Part shown: positions 1-9,436 of the stretch, piece after piece
How positions within the stretch are numbered: the stretch's first letter is position 1
Layout of the letters: each line of letters opens with the position of its first letter
NCBI GenBank assembly: GCA_041649155.1
Contig: JBAZNP010000001.1
Location: 67,581 to 131,580, forward strand
DNA from: Patescibacteria group bacterium
Lineage (GTDB): Bacteria; Patescibacteriota; UBA1384; XYA2-FULL-43-10; 1-14-0-10-43-13
DNA length: 64,000 nucleotides
Reading direction: 5' to 3'
Position numbers and translations under genes: made by a program
Notes under the pieces: generated by a model
Told to the model about the DNA's origin: nothing
Seen by the model: the letters and a program-made list of their open reading frames with translations, nothing else
Database searches by the model: none

Positions 1-31
1 CAAAAATATAGAAGCAAAGATTAACGCAGAC

Positions 32-145
32 TGTCATCCTGAAATTGTCCGTCCTGAGCGAGGCCGAAGGGTTTCAGGATCTGGCAATCATAATCCTGGA
101 TTCCAGATCCAAGCCTGCCTGCCGGTAGGCAGGTCTGGAATGACA
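32..145. repeat. MITE-like palindromic element bounded by inverted TGTCATCC / GGAATGACA termini. It has an internal long hairpin (cctgcctgccggtaggcagg).
   Basis: Terminal inverted repeats are read directly from the sequence. Related copies occur at 55354-55455, 24974-25015 and 51584-51670. Confidence 0.45.
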
Positions 146-269
146 ATTAAATTCTTGGATGAAGACTTCAAAAAAGAAAATGGATATTTACGTTCTATAG
201 AGCTCTCTAAAAAATATGGTTTATATAGACAGAATTATTGCGGCTGCCAATACTCGCTACAAAACTCAA

Positions 270-303
270 ACCACTAAAAAAATGACGTCCCGTGCGTCAT
301 TCT
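270..303 (-). terminator. Rho-independent terminator downstream of smpB. On the minus strand it reads aatgacgcacgggacgtcatt followed by ttttttt.
   Basis: 7-bp perfect stem with a T-tract on the minus strand, immediately 3' of the smpB stop. Confidence 0.4.
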
Positions 304-356
304 AAACCAGTAATTTGCTGACAACTGGTTTACTTATTTACCACTTTTTATATCTT

Positions 357-812
357 TTATCTTTGATTTTTCAAACTAATATTAATATCTCTCTCAATAT
401 CTTTCGCTTTAATTTTCTCTTTTTTATCATACTTTTTCATACCTTTGCCGACACCCAGTTCTAACTTTGCTTTCCCTCTCGATAAATACATCTTTAACGG
501 AATTAAGCTGAATCCCTGTTCGGCTGTTTTCCCCATTAATTTATCAATTTGGGATTTATGCAACAACAACTTTCTGGTTCTCTGTCTGTCACCGCCCTCA
601 ATATTTATATTCGCACCAATCCAAAAAACTTCGCCGTTTAATATTTTTGCGTATGATCCTGTCATATCTACCCGTTTTGCCCTGATTGCTTTGATCTCTT
701 CTCCAGTTAAAACAATTCCTGCTTCCAACGAATCGGTTATATCATAATCAAAACGGGCTTTTTTATTATAAAACTCTCGTTTTAATGATTTAGGGGATGA
801 CTTCTTATTCAT
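357..812 (-). CDS. smpB: SsrA-binding protein SmpB
   Basis: 151-aa ORF of typical SmpB length with a basic C-terminal tail; recognised from the translated sequence. Confidence 0.85.
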   Translation of the reverse strand: MNKKSSPKSLKREFYNKKARFDYDITDSLEAGIVLTGEEIKAIRAKRVDMTGSYAKILNGEVFWIGANINIEGGDRQRTRKLLLHKSQIDKLMGKTAEQGFSLIPLKMYLSRGKAKLELGVGKGMKKYDKKEKIKAKDIERDINISLKNQR

Positions 813-1812
813 TCTTCTTAAAAGTTTCTTTTACTGTGGGCCATTCCTGAACAATTACCGACAATGAAGCTGCAATCGGAACAGCCAATATTGCTCCAAC
901 AATACCAAGCAGTTTGGCTCCGGTTAAAATGGCAAGAATGATTATAACAGGAGAAAGACCCACTGCTTTCTGCATTACTTTTGGCACAATAAATGAATTT
1001 TCAGCTTGCTGTATTACAAGATAAAGGATAAAAACTAAAAGTGCTTTTAACGGAGAAACACTTAGAGTAACTAAAACTGCGATAGTACCAGCAATTAATG
1101 GACCGATTGTTGGAACTATTTCCATAACAGCAGAGATGATAGCAAGCGTCAGTGCATAAGGCGCCCCAATAATCAAAAGACCAATTAATTCAAGCACTCC
1201 AATAATCCCCCCTAATATCATTTGACCCCTAAACCAACGTCCTACTTTTTCTGAAATTTTCTTCATTAAAGAAAGCACGGGTTCTTGCTGATCAGGAGAA
1301 ATAGTTGATTTAATGAACAGGTGAATACCATTTTTATCCAAGAGTAAGTAAATTGTCATTATTATGGCAGTAAGAAAAGCGACGACCCCGCCAAATATCC
1401 CAGTTGTAATAGAAACAAAACCATTAGTAATATTTCCCGCGTTCTTAGTTAAAGTGTCTATGCCGTCACTAAGACTTGGAACATACTCTTTAATAAAAGA
1501 GTGTTGATTTAAAATATCAGGAATATTGTCAATTAACTGCTTAGTTTGAGAAATAACCGGCGGCACTACCAAATAGACCACTAAAACCAGGATAAATATA
1601 ATTGAAATTATTAAAGCTACCACTGATAACGGTCTACCTATTTTTTTCTCCCACCTGTTTACAACCGGACGAAAAGCCGCTGTTAGAACCAGAACAAGAA
1701 AAAATAACCCAATAATGTCTTTAATCAAAAATAATAAATAAAAGACAATCCCGACTAAAAATATTTTGGCGATTGACCAAAATGGTATATCCAATTTAAC
1801 TGTCTGGTTCAT
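805..1812 (-). CDS. AI-2E family transporter (PerM/UPF0118 permease)
   Basis: 335 aa with about 8 TM segments. The topology and conserved central region are typical of AI-2E permeases. Confidence 0.7.
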   Translation of the reverse strand: MNQTVKLDIPFWSIAKIFLVGIVFYLLFLIKDIIGLFFLVLVLTAAFRPVVNRWEKKIGRPLSVVALIISIIFILVLVVYLVVPPVISQTKQLIDNIPDILNQHSFIKEYVPSLSDGIDTLTKNAGNITNGFVSITTGIFGGVVAFLTAIIMTIYLLLDKNGIHLFIKSTISPDQQEPVLSLMKKISEKVGRWFRGQMILGGIIGVLELIGLLIIGAPYALTLAIISAVMEIVPTIGPLIAGTIAVLVTLSVSPLKALLVFILYLVIQQAENSFIVPKVMQKAVGLSPVIIILAILTGAKLLGIVGAILAVPIAASLSVIVQEWPTVKETFKKNE

Positions 1813-1824
1813 AATCCTCCTTTT

Positions 1825-2469
1825 TTACTCTTTTATGACTTTTGCAAAATTAAATTTTAACTGCTCTCCGGACGGAATTTCAATACTCTCTCTTTCTAGA
1901 ATAACAAATTTAATATCTTTTGTCGTAATTTGATCTACAATTCCACCTTTTCTTTCCATCGCGGACTTAAGAAGATTACTGTTTCCTAAAACTTTAACCT
2001 CATAATATTGCATATTACTATATTGATCCAGAGTGGTATTTAGCACAAGACGCTTATCATTTATAGAAATTATTTCTGCCCCAACATTTTTAATCGCATT
2101 TACAAGATCAACTAATTGCGGAGTTGTTAAATTACCCCTGATTTGTATTACCACCCCTTGTCCGGTTTTCGATCCCGCGCCATTAATACTATCCAGACGT
2201 TCGGAATCAATCAAGTATTGATCGTAAGATTTTTGACGGGACTCAGTGGAATTATTGTAAGTTTCTAAATCCAAAGTTAGATCCTGAACCTCATTTCTTA
2301 GATCTGCATTTGATTTTGTTAATTTTGAAACTTCCAACGCCAAAACCGCATTATTTTCCGGTTGTATCACTGCTTTATATTCTTTCCCTGAATAATATTG
2401 TGAAATTAAAAAAATACCAAGAAAGAAACAAATTATGGATATGATTATGTAATCTGTTTTTTTAAACAT
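1825..2469 (-). CDS. DUF881 family protein (YlxW-like)
   Basis: N-terminal TM and coiled coil, with a C-terminal DUF881-like region (…VVIQIRGN…ISINDKRL…). The start overlaps the upstream paralog's stop. Confidence 0.55.
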   Translation of the reverse strand: MFKKTDYIIISIICFFLGIFLISQYYSGKEYKAVIQPENNAVLALEVSKLTKSNADLRNEVQDLTLDLETYNNSTESRQKSYDQYLIDSERLDSINGAGSKTGQGVVIQIRGNLTTPQLVDLVNAIKNVGAEIISINDKRLVLNTTLDQYSNMQYYEVKVLGNSNLLKSAMERKGGIVDQITTKDIKFVILERESIEIPSGEQLKFNFAKVIKE

Positions 2470-3209
2470 TAACTTGCTGCCTTAATTTTTGTTTCAAAGC
2501 TACCATCGAAAATCGGCAATGTGATATCATTGTTTTTTTCTGCCTGAAAAATTAATCCTGAATTCTTTCTTTGGTGTATGCTTGACAATATGGAACGATC
2601 CGAAATTCGATCATACATTAAAGCTTGATTTCCGACGGCTTCTACACGAAACGGCGTTGATAGCCTAATATCGTTAACCAAAATAGTATTAACTATGCAA
2701 TCAATCGCTGTATTTATAACCACCCTTTGACCGTTTATTGAAATACCCTCTGCGCCAGATCTCCAAAGCAAATTAGTGATATCTCTAAGATCGGCAGCGT
2801 GCACTATTGAATCTTCAGTATTTGGACCAGTTTTACTATCATCAAGAGTTATAATAATACCGGCACCATTTAATTTAGTTAAACCGGCCAAAGATTTTTT
2901 ATCATTCAAATCGGAAAGCTCTTTTTTAGTCAAGGTAATGTCTTCTGATTGGCCCTGAGTTTTTTCGATTGAGGTCTGCAAATTTTTAATTTCCTCTTTT
3001 AATTGCGCCTGTTCTTCGTATAAAGATTCTTTTGTATCTTTCAAGCTAGAATAAGGAGCAACAGGATTTGTAACTCTGGTTGGAATTGAACGCCATTGAG
3101 CAGTAATCAAAACACCAATGGCGACACTTAAAAGCGCAACAAAAGAACGGACCGCAATGGTCTTTGCGCTTTTAATTTTAATTAAGTTAAGTTTAGAAAT
3201 ACGAGACAT
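2469..3209 (-). CDS. DUF881 family protein (YlxX-like paralog)
   Basis: Same architecture as the adjacent gene (…GAEGISINGQRVVINTAIDC…FRVEAVGN). The DUF881 pair arrangement is common. Confidence 0.55.
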   Translation of the reverse strand: MSRISKLNLIKIKSAKTIAVRSFVALLSVAIGVLITAQWRSIPTRVTNPVAPYSSLKDTKESLYEEQAQLKEEIKNLQTSIEKTQGQSEDITLTKKELSDLNDKKSLAGLTKLNGAGIIITLDDSKTGPNTEDSIVHAADLRDITNLLWRSGAEGISINGQRVVINTAIDCIVNTILVNDIRLSTPFRVEAVGNQALMYDRISDRSILSSIHQRKNSGLIFQAEKNNDITLPIFDGSFETKIKAAS

Positions 3210-3323
3210 TAATTAAAATCCAAGTTCCAAGTTCTAATAAAAGATGGCTGTGCCACATGAATTGAGTCAAGTTTCTGAAGGAAAGTCACGTAAAAATCTC
3301 ATTTTAAAAACTCGATTTTTACG

Positions 3324-3399
3324 TGGTACCCGCGGCAGGAATCGGACCTGCGACGCCCGCCTTAGGACGGCGGCGCTCTATCCACTGAGCTACGCGGGC
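3324..3399 (-). tRNA. tRNA-Arg (anticodon CCT)
   Basis: Manual cloverleaf: acceptor GCCCGCG/CGCGGGU, anticodon stem CCGCC/GGCGG, loop GUCCUAA, T-loop, and an encoded CCA. Confidence 0.8.
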
Positions 3400-3529
3400 A
3401 TATTTACAAACTAGCACAAACAGTCTCGGACTTATGTTATCAAATATTGAGTAAATTTGCCACAATTAAAAAAAGCCAAAATTACTAAGGCTTTTTTTAA
3501 TATAGATATTTGATCTGAGTGAATACTAC

Positions 3530-3802
3530 TTATTTAACTTTGCTTCTCAAATTTCTAGAAGGCTTGAATCTAGGCATCTTAGCAGCAGGAATATTGATCG
3601 GATCGCCGGTTCGTGGATTAACACCAGACCTTGCTTTTCTCTTTCCAACATCAAACGTGCCAAAACCTGTCAAGGTAACTTTGTCTCCGCTCGCAATCTC
3701 CTTGGCTATAAGATCAAGCATTGTTTGAACTCCAGCTTCAGCTTCTCTTCTCGACAAGCCGGTTTTTCTTGCTACTTCATTGATAAGATCATTTTTGTTC
3801 AT
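3530..3802 (-). CDS. hup: HU family DNA-binding protein
   Basis: 90 aa, MNKNDLINEVA…GFGTF…RNPRTG, a canonical HU/IHF fold signature. Confidence 0.9.
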   Translation of the reverse strand: MNKNDLINEVARKTGLSRREAEAGVQTMLDLIAKEIASGDKVTLTGFGTFDVGKRKARSGVNPRTGDPINIPAAKMPRFKPSRNLRSKVK

Positions 3803-3823
3803 TTCATCTCCTTCTATTAAGCC

Positions 3824-4630
3824 CTAAATTGATTTTAGGATTTTTGATATTCTTTTTATTTTTTCTGCTTTTTTTGTTTTAACATTTATTTCAACAATAA
3901 CTGCATTAAACATACTGTCTCCACTGGCTATTTTATGTGATTGAGGAAGTTGTGTCAAGAATTTTTCTATAATGATTTCCTTCTTAACGCCTAAGACTGA
4001 ATTCTCAGGTCCGCACATTCCCACGTCGGAAATAAATGCAGTTCCGTTTGATAAAACTTTTTCATCTGCAGTCTGTACGTGCGTATGCGTGCCAAACACG
4101 GCTGAAACATATCTATCAAGATAGTAACCCAAGGCCATTTTCTCACTCGTCGCTTCAGCATGAAAGTCAATTATGATTATGGAATTTTGGTGATCTTCAA
4201 CTATATTTTTACCGATTATGAAAGGACTTTCAATGTCATCTCTCATAAAAACCCTGCCCTGGAGATTAATTAAAGTCAAATCAACGTCTTTGACTTTAAA
4301 AGTAGTCACACCTCTTCCAGGAGAAGACTGGGGATAATTAGCCGGCCTCAACACTTTTATTCTTTGGTCATTTAAACATGAAATAAAGTCCGCATTATTC
4401 CAAATATGATTGCCCGAAGTGAAGTAATCGACGCCCGCCTTAATCATTTCGTCATATTTTTCAAAAGTCATTCCCTTACCCGAAGCCAGATTTTCCCCAT
4501 TTGCAATTACAAAATCAATTCCTTCTTCTTTTTTGATCTCAGGAATAAAATGAGCAACAGCTCTTCTTCCGGGCTTGCCTACAATGTCACCTATGAACAA
4601 TATTTTAATAAATTCTGATTTTTTTTGCAT
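3824..4630 (-). CDS. ymdB: YmdB-like metallophosphoesterase (TIGR00282)
   Basis: N-terminal ILFIGDIVGKPGR with GNH and GTHTH metal-binding motifs. It sits immediately downstream of rny, as in Bacillus. Confidence 0.8.
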   Translation of the reverse strand: MQKKSEFIKILFIGDIVGKPGRRAVAHFIPEIKKEEGIDFVIANGENLASGKGMTFEKYDEMIKAGVDYFTSGNHIWNNADFISCLNDQRIKVLRPANYPQSSPGRGVTTFKVKDVDLTLINLQGRVFMRDDIESPFIIGKNIVEDHQNSIIIIDFHAEATSEKMALGYYLDRYVSAVFGTHTHVQTADEKVLSNGTAFISDVGMCGPENSVLGVKKEIIIEKFLTQLPQSHKIASGDSMFNAVIVEINVKTKKAEKIKRISKILKSI

Positions 4631-4771
4631 TATTATAATTTAACTTATACAGTTTTCGCCTGATCTGACATTGAATAACGAATCACGAATTATGAATTAT
4701 GGTTTCTTTAAAAATATTTATCCTTGATTCATGATTCTGACTTCATGATTCACAAATAAATCGCTTGCGAT

Positions 4772-6295
4772 TTATTTCGCGTATTCAATCGCTCTTGTTT
4801 CTCTAATAACATAAATTTTAACTTGACCAGGATATTGCACTTCTTCTTCAACTTTCTTAGCAATCTCTTTAGACATTTTCTCTGCCATTAAATCATCCAC
4901 CTCTTCCGGTCTTACGAATATTCTAACTTCTCTACCCGCCTGAATGGCATATGATTTTTCCACGCCGTCGAATGAATTAGCAACCCGTTCCAACTCCTGA
5001 AGACGCTTGATATGAAGATCAAGAGACTCTCTCCTGGCACCAGGTCTGGCCGAAGAAATTGCATCAGCTACCTGAATAATTGCCGCTTCGACTGAAGCTA
5101 TCTCGACGTCTTCATGGTGAGCTTCAATAGCATGAATTAAATCTTTTGGAAGCTTAAATTTTCTTGCAATGTCGGCCGAAATCACAGCGTGTGACCCAGG
5201 TACTTCGTGATCGACTGCCTTACCTAAGTCATGAAGCAAACCTGCTCTTTTAACCAAGGCTGTATCTGCCCCAACTTCTTCAGAAACCAATGCTGCCAAA
5301 CGAGCAACTTCAATTGCATGCTGCAATTGATTTTGGCCGAAAGAAGTTCTGAATTTTAATCGTCCCAAGACTTTCAAAATTTCCGGTGGCAAACCTGTAA
5401 CACCAACTTCATAAGCTGCCTCTTCTCCTGATTTCTTAACGTCAGCAGCTACAATTTTCTTTGCTTTCTCAAAAGCATCTTCAATTCTAGCCGGATTAAT
5501 TCTTCCATCATTGACCAATTCAGACAATGTGACTTTCGCCACCTGTTTTCTAATCGGATCAAAAGTCGAAATTACTACTGCCTCGGGAGTATCGTCAATG
5601 ATCAAATCAACACCAGTTAATTTTTCAAATGACTGAATATTTCTACCCTCACGACCAATAATTCTACCTTTCATCTCATCGGAAGGAATGTTAATAGTAG
5701 AAATTGTTGATTCGGCAGCTGTTTCAGCGGCTACTCTTTGCATCGCAGTAACAACAACTTTTCTGGCTGCCACATCTGCATTATCTTTTACGTATAAATC
5801 AACTTCTTTAATTTTCTTAACCAATTCTTCCTTGCCCTCTTTCTCAATAAGATCAAAAAGAACTTTTTTCGCTTCGTCCTTTGTCATTTTCGCAATTCTC
5901 TCAAGACTTTCTTCCTGCTTCTTTCGCAAATCCCGAAGCATCTGTTTTGTTTCGTCAATTTGTTTTTCTTTTAAAGATATCTCCTTGCGGGATTTTTCTA
6001 CTTCTGTAAAACGAAAGTCAATGTTTGACTCTTTCCTCCTTAAATCCTGCTCGGTTTTTTCCAAATACTTAGACTTTGACTCATACTCTCTCTTAGCGCC
6101 CTCTTTCTCTTTCAGTGCCTCATCTCTGGCTTGTAACAGCACTTCTTTACTCTTTGTTTCTGCGTCCGCTATCACTTTTTCTGCCTTTGCCTTGGCGTTC
6201 GCAATTTTCTTGTTTGTAGTTACGTTGAATAATACAAACGCCAAAATTCCGCCAGACAGGAGACCTGCGACAACAGCTAGAATAAGGTTGATCAT
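4772..6295 (-). CDS. rny: Ribonuclease Y
   Basis: N-terminal TM, coiled coil, KH domain (GRIIGREGRNI) and HD domain (HHEDVE…GK). The start is set at MINLIL (ATG at 6295) with an AAAGGA RBS; the track's longer N-terminus is rejected. Confidence 0.85.
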   Translation of the reverse strand: MINLILAVVAGLLSGGILAFVLFNVTTNKKIANAKAKAEKVIADAETKSKEVLLQARDEALKEKEGAKREYESKSKYLEKTEQDLRRKESNIDFRFTEVEKSRKEISLKEKQIDETKQMLRDLRKKQEESLERIAKMTKDEAKKVLFDLIEKEGKEELVKKIKEVDLYVKDNADVAARKVVVTAMQRVAAETAAESTISTINIPSDEMKGRIIGREGRNIQSFEKLTGVDLIIDDTPEAVVISTFDPIRKQVAKVTLSELVNDGRINPARIEDAFEKAKKIVAADVKKSGEEAAYEVGVTGLPPEILKVLGRLKFRTSFGQNQLQHAIEVARLAALVSEEVGADTALVKRAGLLHDLGKAVDHEVPGSHAVISADIARKFKLPKDLIHAIEAHHEDVEIASVEAAIIQVADAISSARPGARRESLDLHIKRLQELERVANSFDGVEKSYAIQAGREVRIFVRPEEVDDLMAEKMSKEIAKKVEEEVQYPGQVKIYVIRETRAIEYAK

Positions 6296-6570
6296 CTCGA
6301 TCCTTTCAAAACCCCTCAGCCAAAAATAGAACAATTATAACTTGATCTCAGACTCAATTGATAATGCTGGACTAATTAAATTCATCATTTTGGTTGATAT
6401 ATGGGGTGTAATTTCTAAATTAATAATTTTGTTAAAATAACAGTTACAATACTACTCTTTTTCGCAAAAAAAAGCAACGAAATCATGTTACCACAGAACA
6501 ATTGATTATTTTATAGAATTGGATAATTCAATATGCTATATTTAAGCTAAAATAGCGCAAAGGAGGCAAC

Positions 6571-6942
6571 ATGGGTAGTTTTATTGAAATAAACGACACT
6601 TTACAGATCAGCAAAGAACAGGGTTTTCCAACTGAATTGGAAATTGATAAACATCTTGAAAAGTCTTATGTTCTAGATAATCTGAAAAATAAAGTTTTTG
6701 AATTCTCTAATAAACCAGGTATTAGATTTTACCATCAACCTCCGGTTAGAGTTTTTCTTGTTGAAAATATAAACGGTAAGTGGCTTTACTGGGGACTTGC
6801 TCACATTTTATCTGTTACTCACGATTACATTAACAAAACCACGTCTGGTGAATTTAAAATTATTTATATCAACACCCCAGAAGAGATGAAAAAAGCTCAC
6901 GACCTGATCGATAGAAACCCAGATACAAATTATTTTAATTAA
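6571..6942 (+). CDS. hypothetical protein
   Basis: 123-aa ORF with a strong RBS (AAAGGAGG) 6 nt upstream. No recognisable domain. Confidence 0.5.
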   Translation: MGSFIEINDTLQISKEQGFPTELEIDKHLEKSYVLDNLKNKVFEFSNKPGIRFYHQPPVRVFLVENINGKWLYWGLAHILSVTHDYINKTTSGEFKIIYINTPEEMKKAHDLIDRNPDTNYFN

Positions 6943-7051
6943 TCTTTTCCATAGTAACCTACTAGAACAAGCTTTTATTTTTTTGTTAAAGTATTGAAAT
7001 TAGCCGATCTTGTTTTTATCAGTGAAATTTGGTATAAAATATAAGTGAATT

Positions 7052-7127
7052 GGGTTGCTAGCTCAATTGGTAGAGCAGTGCCCTCTTAAGGCATTGGTTC
7101 TGGGTTCGAGTCCCAGGCAGCCCACCA
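7052..7127 (+). tRNA. tRNA-Lys (anticodon CTT)
   Basis: Cloverleaf by hand: loop CUCUUAA, T-loop TTCGAGT, CCA encoded. Confidence 0.85.
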
Positions 7128-7230
7128 AACTTCGCCCTCGGGGCTTCGCTTGGCAAGCCATGAGAAAAGAGAAGTTTGTCCAGCGTAGCTATTAGCGAAG
7201 TTGGACAGCCCAACTTCCAATTTACGTTAT

Positions 7231-7305
7231 GGCCTCATCGTCTAGTGGTTAGGACACCACGCTTTCAATGTGGTAACAGGGGTTCGATTCCCCTTGAGGC
7301 TACCA
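7231..7305 (+). tRNA. tRNA-Glu (anticodon TTC)
   Basis: Cloverleaf by hand: anticodon stem CCACG/UGUGG, loop CUUUCAA, T-loop TTCGATT, CCA encoded. Confidence 0.8.
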
Positions 7306-7313
7306 TGAAAAGT

Positions 7314-7338
7314 GCATCACGCAAGTGGTGCTTTTTTC
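7314..7338 (+). terminator. Rho-independent terminator after the tRNA-Lys/tRNA-Glu pair
   Basis: gcatca-cgcaag-tggtgc hairpin followed by TTTTTT. Confidence 0.5.
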
Positions 7339-7537
7339 ATGGTGATTTTCAGGAATCGAAGATTCCCCCTTGCTTGCCGTCCGAAGCTTTAGCGAAGGAT
7401 GGAGTATTTTTTTGTTATTGCTGATTTTGACAACAAAACACAAAAAATGTCCTGTAAAATTTACATTCTGGACATTAAGTTTAAAGCTCATTCATGCAAT
7501 GATTTATTCGCATATTAATTAAACCAAGGAAAAGAAA

Positions 7538-7804
7538 ATGGGATGGATTATAACAATAATTGTCGGCGGCATCATCGGCTGGATAGCTAGCCTGATTGCA
7601 GGTACAGATTACGAACAGGGATTATTTTTAAATATCCTGATCGGTATTATCGGCTCCCTTCTCGGTAAATGGATATTCTCCGATATCCTAAAGATCGGCG
7701 GGGCCTCTGCGGCAGGCACATTTAGCATCTGGGGAATAATCTGGGGAATAATCGGGGCTGTCATCTTAATCGCCATCTTAAAATTATTCCACGTGCTCAA
7801 GTAA
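7538..7804 (+). CDS. GlsB/YeaQ/YmgE family stress-response membrane protein
   Basis: [20 protein letters not shown]… is the characteristic N-terminus of this family. 88 aa with 3 TM segments. Confidence 0.85.
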   Translation: MGWIITIIVGGIIGWIASLIAGTDYEQGLFLNILIGIIGSLLGKWIFSDILKIGGASAAGTFSIWGIIWGIIGAVILIAILKLFHVLK

Positions 7805-7809
7805 AGGAT

Positions 7810-7989
7810 GTGATTAAGTTGATAAAAATTAACAGGCGCGGATTTGCCTCAATGAGCGAAGAAAAACGAAAAGAAATTGCAAAAAAAGGCGGAATTGCCT
7901 CTCATCAGAAAGGCACCGCTCATGAATTTACCTCGGCAGAAGCAAAACGCGCAGGCAAAAAAGGCGGAAAGTCAAAAAAGAATATTTAA
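7810..7989 (+). CDS. KGG-repeat stress-induced protein (YciG/Con-10-like). It is absent from the ORF track, which has a 60-aa cut-off.
   Basis: GTG start 5 nt after an AAAGGA RBS. It encodes …SEEKRKEIAKKGGIASHQKG…AKRAGKKGGKSKK, a tandem KGG motif. Confidence 0.55.
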   Translation: MIKLIKINRRGFASMSEEKRKEIAKKGGIASHQKGTAHEFTSAEAKRAGKKGGKSKKNI

Positions 7990-7994
7990 ATAAC

Positions 7995-8399
7995 TTATCG
8001 ATTATTTGTGACATATTTAAACCAGTTTTTGTTGAGCCATTTTTTTTCTTTTTTTAGTAAATCCAAGAGACCCCTTTGAATAAGTTCCTTGTCTACTGTT
8101 CCTCCTTTGTGAGGGAATCTCGAGAGCTGAGGAAGAGGAGAAGAAAATCCATGAGCGTAATGGCATAGTTCATGAACTATTGTTGCATCAAGAATATAGC
8201 GGGGTATTTTTTTGTCTTTAAAATAGCCATTTAGGGTAATGACTGTATCTGTTTCATCAATTTTCTGTCTGATACTCCCCAGTCTTTTTACTGCTTTTCT
8301 ACCAAACTTAATATGAACTTTGTTTGATTTCAAAACATCAGTAAAATATTTCCTCCACAAAAAATCCAAGCGATCACTTAAAAAAGTGTCATCTCTCAT
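7995..8399 (-). CDS. SprT-like / DUF45-type zinc metallopeptidase-like protein
   Basis: A HELCHYAHG (HExxH) motif followed by a short C-terminal region; 134 aa. Confidence 0.5.
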   Translation of the reverse strand: MRDDTFLSDRLDFLWRKYFTDVLKSNKVHIKFGRKAVKRLGSIRQKIDETDTVITLNGYFKDKKIPRYILDATIVHELCHYAHGFSSPLPQLSRFPHKGGTVDKELIQRGLLDLLKKEKKWLNKNWFKYVTNNR

Positions 8400-8670
8400 C
8401 TATTTAGAACTCCTTTTTGTAATTAGGCATAAAAAATCGGTCTCAATATTTAATCCGATCATGATTACTTATAACATGCCGCGCGCGCTCAACCAAGCTC
8501 ATCATCTAGAGATAAAGATATTGTCAATTTTGTAATAGATATATTTAAAAAAAATAATTGTTGAGATTAAAGTGCTCAAAACTTATCTTGGCACATTTTC
8601 CAATGAACAAATCAGGCTGATCGGTTATTGTAAGTAATTGTTTTAACAATATTAAATAAAGGAATTAAAA

Positions 8671-9057
8671 ATGGGTTGGATTGTAACCATAATCGTCGGG
8701 GGAATAATTGGCTGGATTGCTAGTTTAATAATGAGAACAAAACAGGGAGTGATCGCCGATATTATAATCGGGATATTAGGATCCATCCTTGGTGTCTGGC
8801 TGTTCGCCGAGGTATTTGGGTTTGGACCAGTAATAGCCACGCCTGGAACGTTATCTCTTTTAAACGTAATCTGGGGTATAATTGGCGCTATAATTGTAAT
8901 TGCCTTAATCGAAGCTGTTTCATATGAAACAAGAGGTATGAAAAGGTATGAAAATGACAAAGATCAATATTCCAAAGGCGTCGCCCACGAATACGAAGAA
9001 GACAAAGGTGAAGAAGTTATAATAGTTAAGAAAAAACGTCCTACAAAGAGAAAATAA
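8671..9057 (+). CDS. GlsB/YeaQ/YmgE family membrane protein (paralog with a charged C-terminal extension)
   Basis: [20 protein letters not shown]… is nearly identical at the N-terminus to 7538..7804. It has an extra ~40-aa acidic/basic tail. Confidence 0.8.
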   Translation: MGWIVTIIVGGIIGWIASLIMRTKQGVIADIIIGILGSILGVWLFAEVFGFGPVIATPGTLSLLNVIWGIIGAIIVIALIEAVSYETRGMKRYENDKDQYSKGVAHEYEEDKGEEVIIVKKKRPTKRK

Positions 9058-9131
9058 TATCCTGTAATCCCGCCTGTCATACTGAGCCCCGAAATAGACC
9101 CTTTTGGGTTGAATAATTTGATTTTTGGCAT

Positions 9132-9162
9132 AAAAAAATCCCGCTTTTAGCGGGGTGTTTTT
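9132..9162 (+). terminator. Rho-independent terminator (cccgc-tttta-gcggg followed by a T-tract)
   Basis: Hairpin plus TTTTTT downstream of the second GlsB paralog. Confidence 0.5.
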
Positions 9163-9311
9163 TAAATACCCCCTTTTCAGCGTTACTCATATTGTGCTGT
9201 GTATTATAATGGATTTGTGGTTATTTTGATCATGACTTAATTTAAATGAAAGTGTTTAGCTGATTTACTTTTAGGCTAATTTATGTTAAAGTTTACTAGT
9301 GAAAATAATAT

Positions 9312-9387
9312 GGCGGCCATGGTGAAGTGGTTATCACGCTAGTTTGTGGCACTGGAGTCATGGGTTCAATTCCCGTTGGCCGCCCCA
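9312..9387 (+). tRNA. tRNA-His (anticodon GTG) with an encoded G-1
   Basis: An extra 5' G pairs with discriminator C73. Anticodon loop UUGUGGC, T-loop TTCAATT. Confidence 0.8.
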
Positions 9388-9436
9388 TTAAATTGATCAT
9401 TTTGAACTACTGGTGTTATAATGAGCATATAACATA

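Noticed and set aside
5688-6329. Long antisense ORFs inside rny, the rSAM gene, the GT genes and others (e.g. 5688..6329, 13340..13873, 18050..18418, 55888..56301).
   Set aside because: Each lies fully within a well-supported gene on the opposite strand and has low-complexity or biased translations. These are typical shadow ORFs.
7128-7230. Hairpins (gaagttgg-acagc-ccaacttc; gccc-tcg-gggc) and shared gcttcgc/cgaagc words between and after tRNA-Lys and tRNA-Glu were considered as a possible small RNA.
   Set aside because: They are most simply explained as tRNA processing or terminator structures. There is no evidence for an independent transcript.
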